Below, piece after piece: positions 58,870 through 64,000 of a DNA stretch of 64,000 nucleotides (position 1 is the stretch's first letter; each line of letters starts with the position of its first letter). This DNA is from an uncultured Thermococci archaeon (GTDB lineage Archaea; Methanobacteriota_B; Thermococci; Methanofastidiosales; B48-G16): the NCBI GenBank assembly GCA_964595645.1, contig CAZQQT010000008.1, positions 58,854-122,853 on the forward strand, written 5' to 3'. Position numbers and translations under genes: made by a program. The notes beneath the pieces are model-generated. The model did not search any database. It had not been told where the DNA came from and saw nothing but the letters and a program-made list of their open reading frames with translations.

Positions 58870-59868
58870 TCACAGCTTGAGTGTTTCATCTCGTTTCAGC
58901 ACGTTTTGCGCGAGGAAGATCACCACGGCTGCCAGCACACCGTACAGCATGAAATACCTGAGGATCGAAAGATCGAGGACATTAGTAGTGATCTTCACAA
59001 TACCTACGATGGGTGAGTATTTAACAATACTGTCGAGGACTCCCAGCGACGGCAGTGGAATGAACATGAGGAAGGCGAGGAACATCATGAAGAGGGTGAG
59101 GTAGAGGTTTGCCTCCCGAATATTTGAGGCGAGCATGGAGAATATCACTGATATAGAGAAAAACAGCAGCATCAAGAGCAGAAGAAAGAGGTATAGTGCA
59201 CCGATGTTCTTGATATGAACATTTCTCCTGCTCACCACCGCGAGCCAGAGGCTCACCTGTACGAATCCCAACGCAATGACGGGGATCAACTTCCCGAGAA
59301 TGATTTCAATCCGTGTGAGTGGGGCTGCCAAGAGTACCTCAAAGGTTTTTCTCTCCTTCTCACCAACAATAGAGTCAGAAAGCATGTTCATCGAGAGAAA
59401 TACTGGTAGAAGTACAACAAGTGGGATCAAAAGGCTGTACATTACTTCTACGAACTCTGGTACAACATCTTTTTCCTCTATGAACTCCCTTTTTAGGATA
59501 GGGTTTCTTAAGGCAGTGGTATCTCGGAAATAGTACTCTCCGATTCGTGGAGCAAGCATATCGTAGAGATCATCATCGTTTGTATAGATGTAAAAGGTAT
59601 CTCCCTCATGTCGTATGTACGCATCACCGAGAAATGTAGCGCTGTAAAAACAGTGTATTTCTTCTTCATTGGCTAGAAATACCGCGAGATTTCTGTCGTT
59701 CGTTGTTACCCGTGCTTCCCCCTCCATTCGGGCGATATAACCGTATGAGAATCCAATGAGTACGATACCCATCACGATAAAGAGCTGGAGCAGGAAACCG
59801 AAGATGTAAATTTTCTCGGAGAGGATATCCTTTAGTTCCTTGTACGCCAATGCGAGGATCTTTCTCAT
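58870..59868 (-). CDS. ABC-2 (NatB-like) permease
   Basis: SIVGEKERKTFEVLLAAPLTRIEIILGK. Confidence 0.9.
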   Translation of the reverse strand: MRKILALAYKELKDILSEKIYIFGFLLQLFIVMGIVLIGFSYGYIARMEGEARVTTNDRNLAVFLANEEEIHCFYSATFLGDAYIRHEGDTFYIYTNDDDLYDMLAPRIGEYYFRDTTALRNPILKREFIEEKDVVPEFVEVMYSLLIPLVVLLPVFLSMNMLSDSIVGEKERKTFEVLLAAPLTRIEIILGKLIPVIALGFVQVSLWLAVVSRRNVHIKNIGALYLFLLLLMLLFFSISVIFSMLASNIREANLYLTLFMMFLAFLMFIPLPSLGVLDSIVKYSPIVGIVKITTNVLDLSILRYFMLYGVLAAVVIFLAQNVLKRDETLKL

Positions 59869-61592
59869 AGGCTCACCACCACGGCCGTGTTATAGACAAG
59901 ATGAATGATGAAAGCCATGATAAACCCCTCCTTTGTTCTCCCTTTATTTCTGAAGTATCCTAGCGTTCCAGAGGATGCGGTATGGACAAAAAGAGGGAGG
60001 ATTCTGAGGAGGATCATTTCTCCTGGCATGAGCATCGTGAAAAGTGTGACACCGGAGATGAACGCCTCAGCGAGGCCGAACCCAGCCCCTACAAACGCGC
60101 CTGAAAATTTGCTTCTATTCGGCGACATAGCTAAATACTTTAGGTACTCCTCAATCCCCACTGCAGCGATGAACAGAATAACGACTGCCATTTCGATACT
60201 GAAAAAGAAGTACAGGAAGAATCCGAGGATTACTTCAACTGCCATTGCGCCGAAGAGACTCAGCAATCCTAGTGCAAGGGATGCTACATTCCCTCTTCCT
60301 ATTTTCGAGAGGACATCTGGTATCAGATCGAGTATTCCCGGTCTCGGTCCAAAATAAAATGAGTCCTTCTTGAACAGATAGGCTGAAAGGGCGAGACAGA
60401 GGAAGGAGAGGGAAAGTACGGGCAGCGTGCTATAGAGTGTGTCCATTATGGTGAGGCTGCCTTCTTCTAGCCCAATCACCATGGAGAGCGGTGAGAGAAG
60501 GGAAACCGATTTCAGCTGGGAGATATAGAGAATGGAGGCACCGAACATAAACGCAAAAATAATGACGTAGGATACAGTGACCAGCAGTGCGGACTCCTTG
60601 TAGTTCTGAGAGTATACGGAGATGAGGAGACTGAGGCTGATAACGAAGAATGCTGCAAGTATCAACGGAAAAATTGTGTAAAGACTTCCGATCTTCCCCA
60701 TAGCAAAAAAAACGAGGATCCATAGTACTATTTGTGTCACCGTCACGAGAAATACGGCGAGCATCTTTCCAAGGATAATATTTCTCCTCTTAGTAGGGAG
60801 TACCAACAGCATTTCTCCTGTTTTCTTTTCCTTTTCGGACACAACCGAATCCGTGAGCAGTCCTCCTGACATGAAGAGTGGGAGGAACATTATCAGAAGA
60901 ATGATATACTCTCTGTTCAACGAAAACTTTAGTTCTCGTATCGTGATCATCTCGTCATTTTCATTAGATGTCTCTTCCTCAGTACTTCTTCCTTCTCCCC
61001 CCTGTTCTCCTTGCCCTCCTTTCTCTTCTTCCTCTCTATTTTCTTCCTTTTCACCGCGGTCTTTCCTTTCCAGCGCAAAGTCTTCTCTGGGTCTTCGTTC
61101 CACAGTCACCGATTCTATGTTGTGTTCGCGTACTCGCGCTGTTCTCAATCCATCTGAGAATCCATCGATAATGGAGTCGAGATATGAGTTGGCGACGTAG
61201 CTCTTTTCCGTGTTGCCGTAGTACACCCGTACGTCGATGGTCTCCAGTACAAGCAGTTTTTCATCAAACTGTGGATCGACGAAAATATACGCGACGATCT
61301 TCCCCTGATGCAGCATCTCCATGCCTCTCTCCCGCTCCACGATGATTGTGTCAAACTGATCGTGTTCTTCAATGTTCTCCAGAAGCTGACAGTCTTGGCT
61401 GATACCGATAGGGATGAACTCTCGCATTCCCGGCGCGGTGGAGAAAAACTTCCCACTCTGCAATGTCTCGAGATAGAGTGAGAATAACGGTACAATCAAT
61501 ACGATTAGAAGAAATTGGAGAATAAATGCAACGGTAAATTTTTTTGAAGAAAATATTCTCTTTAAATCCCACTTGATGATTTTCCCGATCAT
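59865..61592 (-). CDS. ABC-2 permease fused to a PrsW-family intramembrane protease domain
   Basis: SVVSEKEKKTGEMLLVLP permease motif; C-terminal IEEYLKY, GFGLAE, VHTASS, IHLVYN. Confidence 0.82.
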   Translation of the reverse strand: MIGKIIKWDLKRIFSSKKFTVAFILQFLLIVLIVPLFSLYLETLQSGKFFSTAPGMREFIPIGISQDCQLLENIEEHDQFDTIIVERERGMEMLHQGKIVAYIFVDPQFDEKLLVLETIDVRVYYGNTEKSYVANSYLDSIIDGFSDGLRTARVREHNIESVTVERRPREDFALERKDRGEKEENREEEEKGGQGEQGGEGRSTEEETSNENDEMITIRELKFSLNREYIILLIMFLPLFMSGGLLTDSVVSEKEKKTGEMLLVLPTKRRNIILGKMLAVFLVTVTQIVLWILVFFAMGKIGSLYTIFPLILAAFFVISLSLLISVYSQNYKESALLVTVSYVIIFAFMFGASILYISQLKSVSLLSPLSMVIGLEEGSLTIMDTLYSTLPVLSLSFLCLALSAYLFKKDSFYFGPRPGILDLIPDVLSKIGRGNVASLALGLLSLFGAMAVEVILGFFLYFFFSIEMAVVILFIAAVGIEEYLKYLAMSPNRSKFSGAFVGAGFGLAEAFISGVTLFTMLMPGEMILLRILPLFVHTASSGTLGYFRNKGRTKEGFIMAFIIHLVYNTAVVVSL

Positions 61593-61593
61593 A

Positions 61594-62478
61594 TTATCCC
61601 TGGGTAAGCTCTATGAATACGTCTTCTAGTGTAGGAGCCTGTGAACGGACACCCACAATACCGTTCGCCCGTTTGAGCAGCTCCCCCAGTTCGTTATATG
61701 TGCAGGAAATTGTTACTTTATTTCCCTTCGATTGCCGTTTCTCGAGCTCTCCAAGATCTTTGAGAAACTTTTCGATGTTTTCAACTTCTATTTCAAATAC
61801 ATTCTCTTTCTTCATGAGATTTTTTAGTTTCCCCGGTGTGTCTGAACGTACAAGTTTTCCATCGTTGAGTACACCTACCCGATCACAGAGGTAGTCGGCT
61901 TCCTCCATATAGTGGGTACAGACTATCACTGTTTTGTTTTCACTGTACTCCAGAATAAAATCTCGGATATGCTTGGATGTGGCCGGATCGAGCCCCATCG
62001 TCGGCTCATCAAATACGAGGATCTCGGGATCGTGTATTAATGCCCTTATAAAAGCGAGACGCTGCCTCATTCCTTTGGAGAATGATTCCACCTTTGAATT
62101 TCGCCGATCATACAGCCCCACGAGCCTGAAGAGCTCTTCGGCTCGCGATTCAAACAGATCTTTCGGCATCTCGTAAAGATCGGCAAAGTATTTCACAAGC
62201 TCGTAGGCCGTAGGTCTTAAGTAAAGATTTGGTTCTTCAGGGAGGTAACCTATTTTCTTTTTCAATTCTACAGCATGCTCTTGGACGTCCTTCCCCTCAA
62301 TATATACCGTTCCAGAGCTGGGGCTGAGAATACCGCATACAATCCTGATAAATGTGGTTTTTCCTGCACCGTTAGGACCGACAAGTCCAAAAATCTCATT
62401 TCGATCAATTGTCAAACTCAAGTTGTCGAGAGCTGTGAGATTTCCATATCGTTTTGTGATATCCACCGCTTCTATCAT
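61594..62478 (-). CDS. ABC transporter ATP-binding protein (NatA/CcmA-like)
   Basis: GPNGAGKTT, FSKGMRQR, FDEPTMGLD, THYMEEA. Confidence 0.95.
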   Translation of the reverse strand: MIEAVDITKRYGNLTALDNLSLTIDRNEIFGLVGPNGAGKTTFIRIVCGILSPSSGTVYIEGKDVQEHAVELKKKIGYLPEEPNLYLRPTAYELVKYFADLYEMPKDLFESRAEELFRLVGLYDRRNSKVESFSKGMRQRLAFIRALIHDPEILVFDEPTMGLDPATSKHIRDFILEYSENKTVIVCTHYMEEADYLCDRVGVLNDGKLVRSDTPGKLKNLMKKENVFEIEVENIEKFLKDLGELEKRQSKGNKVTISCTYNELGELLKRANGIVGVRSQAPTLEDVFIELTQG

Positions 62479-62960
62479 TCGATCTCTATACCTTCGAGTT
62501 CCTTATTAAACTTTATGTTTAGTTTCTCTGCTTCTTTCGCAAGTCGGGACTCTTCCTCTTTCAGATCGTCTAGTTTATCCTTTAAAAATCTCTTTTTTAC
62601 TTCCCGACCATTCATTGTGATTTCCAGGAGTTCAGCTTCCTTCAAATTGTTTTTTATTTTTTCTTTGTTGACCTTTCTTCCTGTCTTCCTGTATCGTTGT
62701 AATTCTTCTTGAAATTGTGTCTTCTTCTTTTTAAACACAGGAAGATCACGTTTAAAATCACGGAGTCGTTTTAGATTCTTCGCTTTGTCCAGCACGTCCT
62801 CTGTAATACCAGCTTTTTTCAATATTTTCTGGAGATCTGCTTCTTTTCCTGTTTTTTCTTCTAGGATTTTAAGATCATCTGTTTCGATGGAAAGCCCTCC
62901 ATGTAGCGTATAATGACATATATGTGAGTATTTCCCTTTATCCTTATTAATAAATCTCAC
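62475..62960 (-). CDS. Hypothetical Lys/Glu-rich coiled-coil protein (start uncertain)
   Basis: Open frame overlapping the ATPase start by 4 bp. Confidence 0.55.
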   Translation of the reverse strand: MRFINKDKGKYSHICHYTLHGGLSIETDDLKILEEKTGKEADLQKILKKAGITEDVLDKAKNLKRLRDFKRDLPVFKKKKTQFQEELQRYRKTGRKVNKEKIKNNLKEAELLEITMNGREVKKRFLKDKLDDLKEEESRLAKEAEKLNIKFNKELEGIEIE

Positions 62961-62980
62961 CTTTTATATTTAAACCTTTC

Positions 62981-63841
62981 TTAACAACTATGCAGTTGGT
63001 CATCATCCAGACAGATATTGTAGGTATCTTCAATATTTTCTTTATGAATTCGATAGATATCATCTTCGCTGAGAATGTGAGATTTGAGAAGATTTCGCGT
63101 TGTTCTTGGTACTGTTCGTGGTCCTAACACAGCTCCCGGTCTCTCAGGGTCATCAATATAATCTGTCTCCATCACAAACCTTGTTCCTTCCTTCATGGCT
63201 TGTCGAATATTTTTTTCAGAGGCGATGATGGATGGCATTATTTCTATTTCCTCGAACATTTTAACTCGTCGTGGTGAGAAATGCCGTATTACTCGCTCTT
63301 TCTTCCCATATTTTTTTACTGTATTTTCAAGATCATAAAACTTTTTTTCATTTTCGAATGATTCCAAATGAAGTTGGATTGCACAGTCAATTTCTTTACT
63401 TAATGACAACGCCCTGTTCATTACCTTTTGGCAGAATTCGACGATTTCTTTATCTACAGGATAATGAGGACGTCCTATCTCTCCTATCCCTACTATCTCT
63501 TTCTCTTCATGCTTCCCCTTGATGATGTTGAGTGCTTCCGTGCAGAGATCCCATGTTTTCTCTTCTCCAAACTCCTTGTACAGCTCCACGATCTCTGCGG
63601 GATGAATCCCGATGAGACAGTACGCTCGGAGATCAGTCTCTTCGTTTACTCGTGCACAGAGAGATATCACAGTGTCGTATGCTTTTTCAAAGTCCCTCGC
63701 ATCATTCACCTCGATGCCGTAGTCCCTTGCGTACTTATATACAACAAAAAGGTGAGTGCCTCCAGAACGCTGGAACTGTTTTGCTGCTTCAACCCCTAAC
63801 CCTTTTGGATCGAGATGCATGTGGTTATCGGTGATGATCAT
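62981..63841 (-). CDS. TatD-related archaeal metal-dependent hydrolase
   Basis: DNHMH, GIHPAE, GEIGRPHY, QLHLE, RHF, METDYIDDPERPGAVLGP. Confidence 0.9.
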   Translation of the reverse strand: MIITDNHMHLDPKGLGVEAAKQFQRSGGTHLFVVYKYARDYGIEVNDARDFEKAYDTVISLCARVNEETDLRAYCLIGIHPAEIVELYKEFGEEKTWDLCTEALNIIKGKHEEKEIVGIGEIGRPHYPVDKEIVEFCQKVMNRALSLSKEIDCAIQLHLESFENEKKFYDLENTVKKYGKKERVIRHFSPRRVKMFEEIEIMPSIIASEKNIRQAMKEGTRFVMETDYIDDPERPGAVLGPRTVPRTTRNLLKSHILSEDDIYRIHKENIEDTYNICLDDDQLHSC

Positions 63842-63934
63842 AGCAATGACTCACGGAGTGTGTTTAAAAAATACACCCCTCTGTACTTTGTCGCTCCGGC
63901 TGTCACAGGAGCTTCAATGTTCCTCCTGGAAACA

Positions 63935-64000
63935 TCACAGAATTTCAGGCATTTTCACTACCAAATCTGCAAATATTCTACCATACTCACCAAAACCTTT
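63935..64000 (-). CDS. C-terminal end of a gene entering from the right edge
   Basis: Open frame KGFGEYGRIFADLVVKMPEIL* from the window end. Confidence 0.35.
   Translation of the reverse strand, partial: KGFGEYGRIFADLVVKMPEIL

Noticed and set aside
148-63834. Numerous short antisense or alternate-frame ORFs in the six-frame track
   Set aside because: They overlap well-supported genes and have the Ser/Phe/Ile-rich composition expected from the antisense of Lys/Glu-rich coding sequence.

Overview
Gene-dense archaeal chromosome segment. The evidence is archaeal ribosomal proteins S19e/L39e/L31e/LX, aIF6, prefoldin, PriS, TBP, aCPSF1, BRE/TATA promoters and GGTGA-type RBS. The gene style suggests an anaerobic euryarchaeon of the wider Thermococci/Methanofastidiosa/Theionarchaea group; this is inference, not a database result. 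Contents from left to right: (1) the conserved rps19e-ftsY operon and priS. (2) A divergent ArsR-controlled arsenic cluster (ArsP, two ArsF-like exported CxxC proteins, CcdA-like ArsG, thioredoxin-like ArsE, Acr3) with a symmetric operator-TATA-operator control region. (3) Archease-RtcB. (4) A ~9 kb accessory stretch with several broken genes (LonC-like protease with in-frame TGA, threonine synthase with in-frame TAG, frameshifted glycoside-hydrolase lipoprotein, decayed GNAT) and a lipoprotein cluster. (5) uvrB, an S16 protease, thioredoxins, an orphan GAF-GAF histidine kinase, tbp and a miniature UbiD-like gene. (6) tRNA-Ala(GGC) and tRNA-Ser(GCT), then clostripain, a cysteine-synthase/amidohydrolase pair and a frameshifted AOR. 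(7) apgM, aCPSF1-truA-GGR, nrdD and tRNA-Arg(CCT). (8) An accessory block ending in a vapBC module bracketed by a perfect 98-bp direct repeat that duplicates the promoter and signal-peptide start of the neighbouring secreted-protein gene. (9) DUF763, an ABC exporter with a permease-PrsW protease fusion, and a TatD-like hydrolase. No CRISPR array, integrase or transposase was seen. All family calls come from motif recognition by eye.
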